From assembly GCA_028023455.1 (NCBI GenBank), contig JAQFVV010000006.1, forward strand, positions 6,014,001 through 6,078,000: a stretch of DNA of 64,000 bases, read 5' to 3'. Under the pieces are notes generated by a model, which worked only from the letters and a program-made list of their open reading frames with translations, was not told where the DNA came from and did no database searches. This document shows positions 24,333 through 38,329 of this stretch, piece by piece (the first letter of the stretch is position 1; each line of letters begins with the position of its first letter). Source of the DNA: Epiperipatus broadwayi (Eukaryota > Animalia > Onychophora). The translations under genes were made by a program, and so were the position numbers.

Positions 24333-27300
24333 ATGATTTTTTTATAGTAGAAATGGTTTGTAATGTGATGGAAAATAGTAATAAAAGTAGAAAGGATAGT
24401 GAAGGATGTGGATGGAGAATGAATGATAAGAATAAGAAGAATATAAAAAAAGTAAAAGAAATCATGGAAGAGTTTGTTGGAAATGAATCTAAGGACTGGT
24501 ATGGTAAAGTAGAAAAAGTGGCAAATAGCATTTTAAGTGAGAATATTCAGAAGAAATAAAAATAATAGAAAAGTGAGAATTAGTAAAAGTGTAAAAGAGA
24601 GGGGGAAATCATGCAGAGAATACAAATGTGCTATTAAAAACAAAGTGAAAAAGATGTTAATGTTAAATCGGAAAAGTATTTACAAAAAGAAAGTTGGCTA
24701 AATAGAATATTATATAGAAAGAATAAAATTAACTAGTAAATTGTTGGAGGATATTAATAAAAGTGAAAAAGATGGGAGTAAAAAATTTTGGAATATTAAA
24801 AGGGATGTAGGGGAGAGAGAAATAGTATTACTAGATAATGAGAAAATAGAGTGTAGCTGTAGAGAAGAATTAGAGGCAATCTTAAATAAGTATGTAATGG
24901 ATATAAAAAAGATCTTAGATGTGAAGGACAGAATGATAACAAACATAATAGCACATAATAAGGGAAATATTAGATTTACAGAAAATGATGAGGCAGGGAA
25001 GAAATTGAAAAGTGGAAAGGCAAGAGGTTTAGATGGATGGGTAGCAGAGATGTTGAGGAATTTAGAAAATAGGGCAAAAGTGAGAATTAGTAAAAGTGTA
25101 AAAGAGAGGGGGGAAGCATGCAGAGAATACAAATGTGCTATTAAAAACAAACAAAGTATGAAAAAGATGTTAATGTTAAATGGAAAAAGTATTTTTAAAA
25201 AAAAGTTGGCTAAATAGAATATTATATAGAGAGAATAAAATTAACTAGTAAATTGTTGGAGGATATTAATAAAAGTGAAAGAGATGGGAGTAAAAAATTT
25301 TGGAATATTAAAAGGGATGTAGGGGAGAGAGAAATAGTATTACTAGATAATGAGAAAATAGAGTGTAGCTGTAGAGAAGAATTAGAGGCAATCTTAAATA
25401 AGTATGTAATTGATATAGAAAAGATCTTAGATGTGAAGGACAGAGTGATAACAAACACAATAGCACATAGTAAGGGAAATATTAGATTTATAGAAAATGA
25501 TGAGGCATGGAAAAAATTGAAAAGTGGAAAGGCAAGAGGTTTAGATGCATGGGCAGCAGAGATGTTGAGGAATTTAGAAAATATGGCAAAATTAAATCTA
25601 TTATCATGTTTTAATAAGATGGCACAGAAGAGAGAATTTCCAGATAGCTGGAATAATACAAGAATAAGGCTACTATTTAAAGAAAAGGATAAGTATCACA
25701 GAAAGTTAAACAATTATAGACTGATAATGTCAGTGGTATATAAAGTTTTTGCATATATGATGGTGGAAAGGATTGCAAAATGGATGGGAAAAAAATAATA
25801 TAGTGGGAGAAATGCAAGGAGGTTTACGATTGGAAAAAAACTTATAGGAGATAGTTTATTTGTAGTTACACAACTTATAGATATGAGTAGGAACACAGGT
25901 AGATGGTTATATATGTTTTTATAGATATAGGGAAAGCATATGATAGAATAAATAGAATAGATTGTAGGTAAGTTTAGTAAATTTGGGAATGGAGTTTTAG
26001 TGGATCTTATAAAGTAGTTGTATGAAAATAATTACTATAGATATCAATTAGGAAATATAGAATCAGTTAAAGTAAAAAATGGGGTGGGAGTAAGACAAGG
26101 ATGCCCTATGTAACCTATTTTTTTGTTATATTTGAGAGAAATGGAGAGAGCAAGAGAAAGACTAGGAAGAGGGATAAAAATACCATTAATAGGTGGCAAG
26201 GGAGTATATACATTACTATTGGGTCTTTTATTTGTGAATAATATCTTCTTGTGCACAGAAAGTAAGAAATATATGGAAGTTACACTGAAGACATGCGCAA
26301 AAGTGGGTAAAGAAATGGGGATTAAATTTAGTGAAGAAAATCAAAAGTAATGATGATAAATGTGGTGGAAAGAGAAGAGGAAGGATTTTTATTGGGGGAT
26401 ATAAAGTTAAATATGTTGAATAGGTATAACTATTTAGGAATTATCTTAAATAATCAGAGCAGTTGCTTGTATGAATGGGAGAAAAAATTGATAAATGAAG
26501 CAAAGAAAGGGACTGATAAAGAAATTAACAGTGTTTTCATGTAATAAATATGATGTAGCTAGAATTGTATGGAAGGGGGTGGCAGTAGCATAACAATGTA
26601 TTATGTGTTAGTAAAAGTGTGTTAGATTATTTAGAAAAAGTACAAAGAGAAGTTGGAAGAAGTGCATAAAAGATGCAAATGTGTGAATGGCAAAGGAAGA
26701 AATTCAAGGGGAAATGGAATGGTCAAGTTTTATATGAGAGATGCAAAAAGCAAAATAAAAATTATTGGTTGATTGCAATTTATAGATAATAAGAGAATAG
26801 CCAAAATAATATTTAATTAGGTTATGAGTAAAGGACTGGTAACAAGATGGGTGAGAAAGGTAGTATAGTATGCAGAAGATTCAGATAAAGAATTTATGTC
26901 AGTATACTTATACAAAAGGTGAGATGATTGATATTAGGAGAATTGTTAGTGGCAAGGAATGAGATAGAAGAATAAGATGCATTAATAAAAAATAGGGAGT
27001 TGGGGAGATGAAGAACTAATATGGAGAGGTAAAAAGAATTTAAATATACTGTATATAGAAGTAAACATAATATTGAGTGTGCGTTAATTTATGATAGTAG
27101 CAAGTAAAATAGTTTACTGTTTAAAGCTTGAACAGGATCGTTAGCAACAAGGGAATATACACATAAATGAAGAAATGTGCGTGATTTATTTTGCAAGTCA
27201 TCTAATGAAGGCATGGAAAATATTAGGTATCTGTTGATGGAATGTAAATGCCTACAAGCCAAAAGGGAAAAAATAATGATTTTGTGGGAAAATAAATATA

Positions 27301-27570
27301 AACACAGTGATTATACTGAAAGTGGGTTTTTGGTTTTTATGCCTGGGTTTGAGAAAAGATAAGCGGGATTTAGATATAAAGGCCATAGTGTGGACAAAGA
27401 TAATGTTGTGGAAATCAGATGGAACAGGATAGAGAAGAATATGGGGAAAATGTAGGGGGGGGGAGAATGGAAAGGAAAGTAAGGTAGCCAACAGATTTCT
27501 CTGGGCATAGCAGCTGAGAGATTCCTGACTCCGAAAAAGGAAGGGTCACTGTACATCATATCACATCATT
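24333..27570 (+). mobile_element. RT and 3' end of the APE-RT-CCHC non-LTR retrotransposon (pseudogenised; clade not assigned)
   Basis: KKLKSGKARGLD, FPDSW, NYRLI (ORF 25253..25798), DIGKAYD, GVRQGCP, LLFVNN (xDD decayed), YNYLGI, GEMEWSSF, C-terminal ENIRYLLMEC and a (CATCA)n tail. Internal duplication of about 510 bp. Confidence 0.9.
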
Positions 27571-28006
27571 AAAACCCAAACAGTATGAGAATTTTGACAG
27601 ATATTTTTAATATTACATTATTAGGGGGGGGGGGTTATTTTTTGTCAAATTTATTATTTTAATTAATGTGACACATAATTGTAAAAATGACACATCATAT
27701 ATACAATATTAAATATATGTTTTTTGATGTATCATGACTACTATAATAAAAATTCACATAAACAAAAAATATCACTTTGTAATTTTTGCATTTATATTTT
27801 GAAGCTAATAGCTTAAACATTAGAATTGCAAACATTTTAGTTTTATATCTTGCACTGAGGTTTGAGCATAAATAATGAATATCTTGTCATAAGATTTTAA
27901 CAATTCAACATTTTCATAAAGAAAAACTATATTCTGACATTATATTTTCACACTGAAATAGTTATATAACAATAGACTAACATTGAAATTGTCACCAATT
28001 TTTATT

Positions 28007-28395
28007 TTAAAACAATAGCAAACTCTCCAGGTAGTGGTGTGCCCCAGTGTAAGCCTTAGTAATCAATAAGTGCAAGAAAGGTTTGTGCATAAAATTCCTA
28101 TCTAGTGCCTATTCATCCAATATCCTGAGACTTGTTTCTGGCTTATGGCTTTCATCAGTGAGAAGTCTCAGATCTGAGAACATTGCACTTAGATCTTAGG
28201 ATCTAATGCAACTCTCCAGCAGTCATCTTTTATCTATTTACTAATCTGGACATATTAAAGAAGTAGCACTAGGTAGGGATTTTATGCACAAACCTTCTTG
28301 CATTCATTGACTACTAAGGCTTGCACTACTGTATGGTCAGTTTGTGATTGTTTTAACAACTTGCATAAACATAGGAAATGGTGATATTGTGACTT
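28007..28395. mobile_element. HHR family A inverted-repeat copy with one HHR (28123-28165, minus)
   Basis: Minus: CTGATGA-AAGC-CATAA-GCCA-GAAA-CAA-GTC with poor stem I. Right arm 28266-28357 mirrors 28007-28110 and lacks the HHR. Confidence 0.8.
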
Positions 28396-31259
28396 TTTTA
28401 TATTTTTCTTTTTGAAAATAAACTAGAGTATGAACAATAATGTTTTGATTTTGACTGTCAAACAAAATTATGAATAATTATATATACATAGATTATGGAT
28501 AAGTTAAGCTTCTTCATAAAAAGTGCATTATGGAAATGATGAAGATTTTCTATGTTATATTATATCAAGTGATTGATACAACCATGCTTGGGCATAAAAT
28601 CTGGCATTATGTTTTTTTAATTTTTGCTTTTTTAAAAACTGAACTTTTTAGCATAGTATCACTAATATTTTGATTTTCACTGTTATATAAATTACACATT
28701 CATACAGATTGCAGATAAATTCAACTTTTATAAGAAAATGTTTTATTTTTGCCTGATTAAAAAAATACCACATAATATACTACTATATTAGATAACTTGA
28801 AGGTTGAAAAATTTCAATACAATTTTACATTGAATGGCTCCCTAACAGTGCTAAAGTTTTTATATTTTAATTTGCATTTTTGTCAATAGATGGCAGAAAG
28901 TAATTAAATAATAAAAAAAGCACTAAAACTCAAATACCAGCTTAAAAATTTGACAAATATTTTTTATATTATACTAACAGCAGAATGGTAAGTATTTTTA
29001 TTTATTTCTATAGTTCTTTTTTTTTTAATTTTAAAAATTTATTTAATTTAATTTTGCACATAATACAATTATCAAAAATATTATATATATTGTAACGGGC
29101 ACATACACCGTTACATTAATTTTTTTTCTAAATATTAGTCATGAAAAATAAAAGTTCACAAATAAAAACTTTTTTTTTAAGAATTAAAAATTGAAAGTTA
29201 AAAATCATCTAAACTTTATATATATAAAATTGCACAGATGAAAAATTATTAGAAGAAAACTTTATTTAAAAAAAAAAAAGTTTTAAAACTAAATTTTCAA
29301 CGAAAAGATTTAGAGATAAAAATATATTAAAGTTTGTATAATAAATTAATTAATGCTATTGTAAAATGGAAACGATTATTTTAATTAGTTAAAAGTAAGC
29401 TAGCCCTTGGGCATTGCAGAAATGTATAAGTAAAGGTCAGATAGGAGAGAAACAACAATAGAAACTAATAGCCAATAAAAGAAATGCCTCAGGAAACGGA
29501 CCTCAATGAAAGGGTCATCATCATCATGAAGTAATGTTGAGTTAATCCGCAAAATTAATATAAAAAGAAAAAGTTTGGAAATAAATTTTAGTGAAGAAAG
29601 AGCTGGGAGAAAAGATAGAGATGTGACTATATGTGTTTGTGCAGAGAGTGTTGAAGGAGAAGGGATTGAAAAGACGCACTTTTCAATCCTTTCAGTTTTG
29701 CTAAAAAGAAAAAGAAATAGCATTGTTTTCCTATATTGAGGACCACAGGACATCGGGGGAATTAACGCTGGCTCCAAATGGCAAGCAACTGCTAAGCATG
29801 GATTTTTAAAACAGTAAGAACTCTAACTAATGAACTTTAATTCTAAAAAAGAAACTTTTCCAGTATGTTAAAACCTTAAGAACATTAGTTAATTAATGAA
29901 CACTAAGTATAAACTTTCCCAGTATTTAAATTATTGCAATAGAAATTCCTATCTGACCAAGCTTAATCAGTTAGTAATAATTGTTTTATTGAATGTATTA
30001 TTATTTTTTGTAAATCATTTCCATTAATTTATATTTTCTGTGCTTTTAAGTTTTTATTATGATTTTTTTTTCTTTTAAAATAATTTATATAAATGTTAAA
30101 TTTAAGTCGGGTATGAATGGCTGCATAGATTTGTAAAGTTATATATGTTAGTTTAAGGGAGAGTAATCTTAGGTTATTTGTTTTGTAATTAAATTGGGTT
30201 AATGGATTGGATATGTTGGTGTAATTAGTAGATATATGAGATTTTCTACATGCAGGATCGCATGATATGCCACACTTGGGTGAAATAAGCCTATTTCTTA
30301 TTGACCATTGGAGACAGACGGTATTCCCTGCTCCATGGATCTCCCTTTTGCCTATGGAATGGGATCGTAAGTCAGCAAAAAGGACCGCAATCCCTACCTA
30401 TGGAGTTTTCTTTTTTTTTTTATTGTTCTTGCCAGACAGATGTAACATTCCTGTACTGGACGAGAAACAATTTCTTCTCTTAACCATGCTGGTCAGATGT
30501 GCATTCCTGACAGTATGGTATTGTGCTGTCGTATTCATGCTGCATTGAATACATAGATATATCAGATAGATTGACATTAGTTTGACTGCAGACTTTTGGC
30601 CTAAGGTTAAATTAAGGGATAGAATATTTTCTTTTCAAATGCAATCTATGTAGTCTATTTATACTCGACGCTCTAATAAAATATTGAACTCATCTGTGTG
30701 AACTTTAAAATAAAAGGTTAAAAAAAATGTAAATTAAATTTTAAAGTAAAGGTCTAATGTTTTATAAAAGGAAAATTATTAAAGTAAAGGTTATACTAAA
30801 TTAATAATTCTAAATCTTATATATGTTCAAATAAATGCTTGTGTGTTAATTACTGGCAGTGGCTTATTTTATATTTTTTAATATTTAAAATATTTTTTGA
30901 TAAGAATTTATGTTTCGTAAATCTCTGCGTCTCCATGAGATAGTGGCATTGGGCTGACGGTCGGAATAAAATATATGTGTAAAAGTTGGATCTTTAACAG
31001 CGCGTATCTGTCTACTCTATAAATTTTCTAGGTTCAAGTAGCCTAGTGGTGCTCTGTAGTGCACATACGGTAAGACTCGGTTGATCTCCAGAAACCCCGA
31101 TCATTATAATATATATATATATTGATGTATCCAAACCCTATGCAATAAAAATAATTTTTTTTTTACATTTTTCTAAATAAATCCAACTTTCCCCCACATA
31201 CTAAATTCATTTTTTTTAAAAAATACTTTATTAAATTAATAATTGGAAAGTAATATTTA

Positions 31260-31500
31260 ATCATCATTTTTAAATTATTACTCATTCACTGCAGAATAAT
31301 GATCTCTCCAAGTTTAATCTATTTTATCAAAACCCTAGCTTCTTTTTCTCTCTTTTCATAACACATCAGCAATCTTCTTCATTTCATTCATCACACATGA
31401 TTTCTTTCTACATCTTTTATAATCTCTTGGATCCAGTATTATACTTCACCAGTCATCTTATATTATCTCTTCTTGCAATATGGTCATTCCAATACCATTT
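31260..31500 (-). mobile_element. Decayed RTE 3' fragment
   Basis: Reverse complement resembles 39830-40075 (HIARR, TTGGAGAGA...TGCAGTG end). Confidence 0.6.
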
Positions 31501-31734
31501 CCCTTTTTTAATTTTTTCAAATGTTTAATAATAAATATGCAACATAATAATTTTATTTTGTTGTAAACTCTCTTCAGCTGATGATAACTAGAAAAAGATA
31601 ATATTATGGCTCAAGGATCAACTTCGTTTGTTTAACAAACAGGCAATGGTTAAGGTCTCTGTACACTTATATTAAATATTTGCAACTTTTTAACCTGTTC
31701 CTCATCAAAAATTCTGCTTGGTTCAGTGATTAAA

Positions 31735-32290
31735 AACTCTCAACTTTTGATTGGTCAATTACAGAATCAGCAGTAAAAATACATTCATCTTTTAATATTA
31801 TATTCATTTTAGTTTCGTTTGTAAAAATATTAATAATTTGTCAGAATATGAAAGTGAGTGAAAGTTTTTTCAAAAATAATTTTCTATTTATAATTATAAA
31901 AATATTTTATAGCAGAGAACCTAAAAAGAATGTTCGTAACCTATAAGAAAATGTCACATACATCAGTGATTTTCTTTCTCAATTTACTTTTGTGTAAAAG
32001 TAAATAATTTTTACTAAAATCTTAACTATTTTTCTAAAATAATTTTATTTTCAGCATATTTTATCCAAAATAATTTATAATATGTAAAAAAATACCAAAA
32101 ACTATACTCTAAAACATTTTTTGAAAATTAAAACAAAGAAGTTGGAGCAGTGAAAATTGTTGACAAGTGCTCCCTTTTATTGAAAATTGTTGACAAGTCT
32201 GCCTTCTCTCATTGTTAAAACTTTAAATTTAAATATTGTTGATTTTTTACTTGTAAAATAATTCTAGAGAGGACAGCATCTTACGGTACT
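31735..32290. repeat. Unclassified interspersed repeat, copy 3 (more diverged)
   Basis: Shares the CAACTTTTGATTGGTCAATTACAGAATCAGCAGTAAAA block and downstream order with 7180-7880. Confidence 0.65.
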
Positions 32291-33098
32291 TTTTAAGCTT
32301 TAAAATGGGCGTAAATTCACTACGATAATGTAAAAACTGCCAGTTTTAGAGTGAGTTAAAGCCATGTCATCAAGAGATAAATATGACAGTTAACATTTAA
32401 ATCTGCCATAATAGGGTCCTGACTGAAGGCCACTTATATTTTTCAAATGTCATTTGAATTGAACATGAACATTTTGGTAGAGTTGCGAATTTTTGTTTCC
32501 TATATTGTTAATGGTTGAAAATTATTATTCGCATTCTATATGGACAAATTTTGCCTATTCTTGTTTTTTAACTATTCAACTTTTTTATTGATATATGTGC
32601 TGATATGTTAATTTTTGTGAATAAAATATGTCTCAAAGTGTTTGTAAAGTAAATGGGTTCAAATTCATGCAAATTTGATTAATGATAATCTTCTTGTATA
32701 TCATGTTATCTATAAAATATAAAATCCATGTGAATGTCTGTATGTTTGTCCATAAGGCTGTCACATTTCCATGCGAATGTTTGTCTGTAAGGTTGTCACA
32801 TGTCAAATTCACAACCAACTAAAAAAAACCTATTATGTTTGTCCATAATGCTAACAAATGCACAGTTGAAAAATAAAAAATAGAAAACTTTAAATTTGTT
32901 TTTATAAATAAATAAGTATACCTAACTAAAGCATGATTTATATTATGAGCATTTTATGCAAAGGGAAGTTGTTCCACCCTTTACCTTTAACAATCTGTAA
33001 TTTTTATTATGAAGTATATTTTATGCGATGGAAGCAATTCTGTTATTAATAAATGTATTTTTTATGAAGCAGATATCTGTAACACTGTCAAAAATTGA

Positions 33099-33370
33099 AC
33101 AACCAATTAAAAAAACGACTACAAAAATAACAGCCTTTCAGGCCAGGTATATTTCTCATATATATTTATATAATATTAAAATCTTTTGCTTAATTAACAT
33201 TAAATCTTCAAAAAAAATTGTTAAAGCAACCAATTAAAAAAAACTCACAAAAAAGGATGACCTCTCTCTGGCCGGGTATATTTCTCACATTTATTTATAT
33301 AATATTAAAATCTTTTGTTTAATTTACATTGAATCTTAAAAATAATTTGTTAATGCATCAAATTAAAAAA
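33099..33370. repeat. Tandem duplication, unit about 130 bp
   Basis: CAACCAATTAAAAAAA...GGCC(A/G)GGTATATTTCTCA...AATATTAAAATCTTTTG repeated at about 33099 and 33228. Confidence 0.7.
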
Positions 33371-33892
33371 AAAAAAACTACGACCTTTTAATAGGCCGAA
33401 TATAGTTTGGTCTACAAAATGAGTCATCATATATAGTCTTCTATCGTAATGGAAATCCCAATTTTATCTCCGATCTTTTTATTTCCACATTCAATTTTTT
33501 TAGAAACAAAATTAGTACTAAATACGATAATGAATACCATGCTTTAATTTAATACCATTGATTCTTTATAGATTAATTCTTATTTATGTAAGTTGGAACC
33601 TCAGCCAATAGTTTCCAATATACATAAAATTCAAAAATATAATATATAGATCAACATAGTTTTTGTTTGCTTCATGCTATGGAACTATTTTTTGTAATAT
33701 ATTCTACTTCTTATTTTCATTTGGTAAAAAATTATTTCATATTCTACACGATAATCATGGTAAGTAAATATGCATCTAAAGATCCAAAAATTCATGGATA
33801 TTAAAAAGTTATCTGCATCAAGTCAATCCTGACTAAGTCAGCCACAATGCTAATAGAACAATCAGTAAAAACTCTTTAAACAAAAAGATCCC

Positions 33893-33894
33893 CA

Positions 33895-33932
<38 letters not shown>
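33893..33932. repeat. (CA)10(GA)10 compound microsatellite
   Basis: Read directly from the sequence. Confidence 0.95.
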
Positions 33933-35410
33933 CTAGTGAAATAATCATTATCCGTTTAGTTTGCCAATTACCAGATGACAAAGATTTTAGAGTTTTTCTA
34001 TACTACATTTTATATATTTATTAACCAATATTGGATGGTTGATTATGCAGCTACGGGAATAGAAGACCTAGAAAAAGACCCTATATGAGGTAGAAAATGA
34101 CCTGGAGTGACAAAGGGAAAAATGTAAAGCTATGGGTAGAAAAAGCTGAATTAATATTATCTTGCAATGGATTAGTAATGGTTGAAAAGGATAATGATGA
34201 TAATATTTATATAATATACCAAAAACATGTTTTATAAAATATCTTTTGCGCTCGAGCACATTCATTTCAACATATAGATATAAAAATATACAATAAAATT
34301 TTAACTCACTACTTGTCAACAAGAATATTAATTGGAGAAATAACAACATGACTACAAACTATCAAATCCATACTGCATACCAAAAAGATTGTAAAAGACC
34401 TAGAAAAGAATCATGTATGAGATGAAAATTTCCGGAAATGACATCTAAAAAAAAAAAAAACTATAATAAAAGAAGTTGGAATAACATTCTCTTACAGTGG
34501 TTTAATAAAGGTTTGAAAAAGAGTGATGATAATATTTATATATAGGTGTATAAAACTGACTGCGTACTATCAAAATTAAAATAATGTTGTAAGATGTTTG
34601 TGTTAAGTTCTCTGGCTAAAGGGAGTTAGAAATATCTAGGCAATAGGGTGCCATAAATGAAAAAAATATCATTTAATAGTTATAGTAGATTGTTGGACAT
34701 TTCCCATAATCCTTTTGTTACAATTCACTTAGCAATAAACTGATGAGAGTAACACATACACACTTCCACATTAAAAAACATCTGGTTCTGCCGTTGGACT
34801 TAATGTGATCTGTGTTTATTTTCATACTATATCCATGAAAAATGAAGAAAAATAGAACGACAGAAATTTTATCTTAAACAATAATAAACCATGTGAAAAC
34901 TAAATACTAACTAAAACTGGAGCCATTATTAAAAACATTAATAGCAAACACATTCAACTGAATTTTTAAAAAAAAAAAAACAAAACAATGTTATATGTAA
35001 AATTAATTTCATTTTCACTTTTAAAATTGTTCAAATCTTATGGGTTTTTTTTTAAAGAAGATACACCTACATATTATTTTTATTCGATGATGATGGTGTA
35101 CGTGTATATATGATAGAAAAGTGGTTAAGCATACATCAGACTGTCTTATAAGAGGTGTTGAGTTGCTATTATAATGTTTTTTCCATATCTCAAAGCATCG
35201 GCCAGGAAGCAAATCCGCGACAACTGTCTTCTAGCAACTGCTTGCTTGCAAGGCGGCTACGTTGACCTCTCGGCTACCAAAGCTTGACATTGCTATTATA
35301 ATTGGTAGATAAAACAGCTTAAATCAGGCATTACAGTTCAAATACCTCTCCAATAGTGTGTCACAAAAAATAGAAAAGAAATGGGCATGGCTCCCAAGTT
35401 TTATTGTCCA

Positions 35411-36515
35411 GCATTTAAACCAAAATTACTGTAATGGTTTCTTTTTTAAAAGGAATTATTTTTTCTTCTTAATTAAGATTTAAAATATTTATAACAATGA
35501 CTTTTAGATGAAAAACAATTTTGAAATTGGATTTAAAAGTACAGTATTATTATCAAACTTAAGATATTTTAAAACTTGTTGATATAAACAATGAGGATTG
35601 CCAATTGCTCAGCAAGCTTTGTGATAAATGCTTAGCTAGATCTAGTGTTTGAACCTACCCTAGCACCTCTCTGAGGAGTACCAGACCACGAAAACAAGGT
35701 CAGAGATTGGGGGGGGGGTCCTGACAGATATTTTAAATGCTTTCTCTAGCTAAGAATTTATCACAAAGCTTGCTGAGAAATTGGCAATCCTCATTGTTTA
35801 TAACTTACAAGCTTAAGAGAGTAGGGTAATGCGACCTATGACTCTTATTTTGTTGATATAAAGTTTCAAATTTTAATTAGCCTGACTTATCTGCTACATA
35901 TCGTGGTAATATCTTCTGGATCGATTCTTGGTGCAAACTTATCAGTATTAATAAATAATCAATCAAAACAGGATTATTTATTTATGTATTTGTGACAACA
36001 TTCTGGACATATAAATTGTATTGTTATCAGTTTTAATGTTCGAACGTCATATGGCTTCCTAATCATCTATCTAAATAATTATTTATTTTTAATAACTATC
36101 TGAGAAGATCTATCTCTAGACCACATTTGAATCCAAGATATTGGGCGCAACCGGCGAATACAATAAACATTATATAACGAAGGCTTTCTATTATTTAAAA
36201 GCACGATTTAAATTAATAAAAGACGTAAGTGAATTTTAATTTTAATTAGAGGATTTCTGATATAAACTGTAATAATCCATTAATATCACGAAAGATAAAT
36301 TTGTGGCAATTTAAATTCGTAAATAAAAAATTAATATGAAATATGTCTATATTTTAAAATATCTTAAGTTTGATAATAATATTGTACTTCTAAATCCAAT
36401 TTCAAAATTGTTTTTCATCTAAAAGTCATTGTTATAAATATTTTAAACCTTAATTGAGAAGAAAAAATAATTCCTTTTAAAAAAGAAACCATTACAGTAA
36501 TTTTGTTTTAAATGC
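35411..36515. mobile_element. MITE-like element with TIRs of about 165 bp
   Basis: 35411-35574 is the near reverse complement of 36352-36515. Contains a nested HHR family C insertion. Confidence 0.8.
35589..35849 (+). mobile_element. HHR family C insertion with 5' inverted arm and 13-bp TSD (HHR-like 35666-35705)
   Basis: TSD TTGTTGATATAAA at 35576-35588 and 35850-35862. 35583-35640 mirrors 35744-35801. CTCT-CTGAGGA-GTAC-CAGA-CCAC-GAAA-ACAAGG-TC-AGAG; stem II damaged. Confidence 0.88.
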
Positions 36516-37719
36516 GTCTGTCTTATTTGAAAATGTTGGCTTTAAATCACGTTTAATTACATTTTATCAATGTTATTCTTTAGATGTCAATATCTAATAC
36601 CTTTCGGTGGGTCCGCTATTTTAGTCAGATTAGATTTTTTTTCTTATCTTTTTTTTTTTTTTTAAAAAAATCAGAATAAGATCGCCACTTCTGTTTCAGT
36701 CTCCTAACAAGATTATTTAAAAACCTCTATAGAAATAACCCTATCTAACTCGGCAGTTCGACTTCTTTACAAATTCCGTTGTAGAATATTCCAAGGGTTG
36801 ACCTTTTCCTCTTTAAAATGGTTTATAACAAGGTTTTCTTTACTGAATAAATAACTGCAAAAGAAAGAAATCAAATAACTTTGACAGAACTCCAAAAAAT
36901 AATAAAATTTATATTTCCTGAAATCTGATTATTATTCTATTTACGAAATCTGACTGAAATATTGACAAGTTGAACCTGCAGTTGCGATATTTCTATATAT
37001 GCATTCTTCGGCGCTACGAATGCACTGGTTAGGCCTGAATTCAAACCTGGAATTGGAAGTTATTTTATGCAGTTGAGAATTTCCCGAAATGGGGACTGCG
37101 TAAATTGCATACAACTCTCATGGTACAGAAAAATGGGATGCATTGATCGACCATACCTATAATAGGAATTTATATTCTAACTAGGTTTATGTTTTTTTTC
37201 TTACCTAACCATCTCATATCTAATTATTTAATCTCACTTGGAAATATATTTGTAAGCAATTAGCCAAAACATGGATAAAAATTATTAAAATCTCAAAAAA
37301 ATAAAAAAAAACAATTGATAAGTTGGGTAGATAGGGGGTGGGTGAGTTGTGCTTTCTGTTCTACTGTTCCTCTGTAAAAAGCTATAAGGAACCTTCACTT
37401 TCTTGTGGACTACGTAGATGTTATCAATGAAAAAAGTATTCACTCTTTTATAAAATTTCCAAAATTTTTCTAGAAATGCCTCATGTGAACGACAAAGGGG
37501 ATGACTTACAATGAGATGAACGAACTTCATCATCACAATAAGAAATATCTATATAAATAGTCTGAAAAATATAAACTATAGAAAATCCTGGGGAAAGGCT
37601 ATTATCAGTAAGTCAATGTCAAAAGCATTTAATAATAAAGCAGCTAATGTGATATTAGGAGAAATTTAAAAACAACGGTAATCTAAGAACCAAAAAAAAA
37701 CCTTAATCTATAATGTAAG

Positions 37720-37860
37720 TTGCAATCTTTAGTGTCAATATATTAGACTATATATAAAGATGGACTTCCACCTTTATTGTTTAAAGAAGGTTGCCTTGAC
37801 AACAGATTAAAATTGTTAAATGTTATTAATATTGGTATTGTCTTAGTGTTGACTGCTTGT
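37720..37860. repeat. Short repeat shared with the HHR family D upstream region
   Basis: CCACCTTTATTG...GGTTGCCTTGACAACAGATT...GTGTTGACTGCTT recurs at about 45640-45740, 45960-46040 and 46050-46143. Confidence 0.7.
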
Positions 37861-38250
37861 AATTCTTACAAGTGACAAATTTGAAAACTAGTTTTATTAC
37901 TTAATTTAAGCCCAACATTGGATAAGATAAAAGGGTAACAATTTCAATGGGTACTTATGTATTAGGCCAACAGTGAGATTTCACATACCAATTAGTATGG
38001 CAATAATCATTTGGAAAAATAACGACCTATAACTTTATTTATTGGAAATGATACAAACATCTACTAACACGCATTTACATTTTTTGTGAAAGATTATCTT
38101 CTACCATCTAAACTTTTAAAAAAAATTGTTTATTTTGAAAAATGGTCCTCTATAACTTTATTTACTGGCAATTAAACAAATATGCATTTATATTTTTGCA
38201 TGAAATGATCTTCCAACAAATGAACTTTTAACAATCTAAATTTATTATAA

Positions 38251-38329
38251 GGGATTTGAACTCAAACCTTCAACTATCCACACTATCTCATACCACTTAT
38301 ACGCATGACCACACCCATGCAGAAAAGAT
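38251..38329 (-). mobile_element. Decayed tRNA-related SINE-like repeat (second copy 41463-41540)
   Basis: Both copies read GGGATTTGAAC...GCATGACCA.A.CCATG..GAAAA on plus, i.e. B-box GTTCAAATCC on minus. Confidence 0.45.

Noticed and set aside
24333-27570. RIP- or APOBEC-like hypermutation of the LINE (DD to NN, TGG to stop)
   Set aside because: Ordinary GC-to-AT decay explains it; no context bias can be shown by eye.
29091-31110. LTR retrotransposon remnant (TGTAACGG...CCGTTACA hairpin, GC-richer islands, ORFs 29400..29777 and 30267..30548)
   Set aside because: No paired LTRs, PBS/PPT or gag/pol motifs identified.
31576-31600. CTGATGA-TAACTA-GAAA as a hammerhead (also CTGATGA at about 34740 and 38510)
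   Set aside because: No viable stem II, stem I or NUH context.
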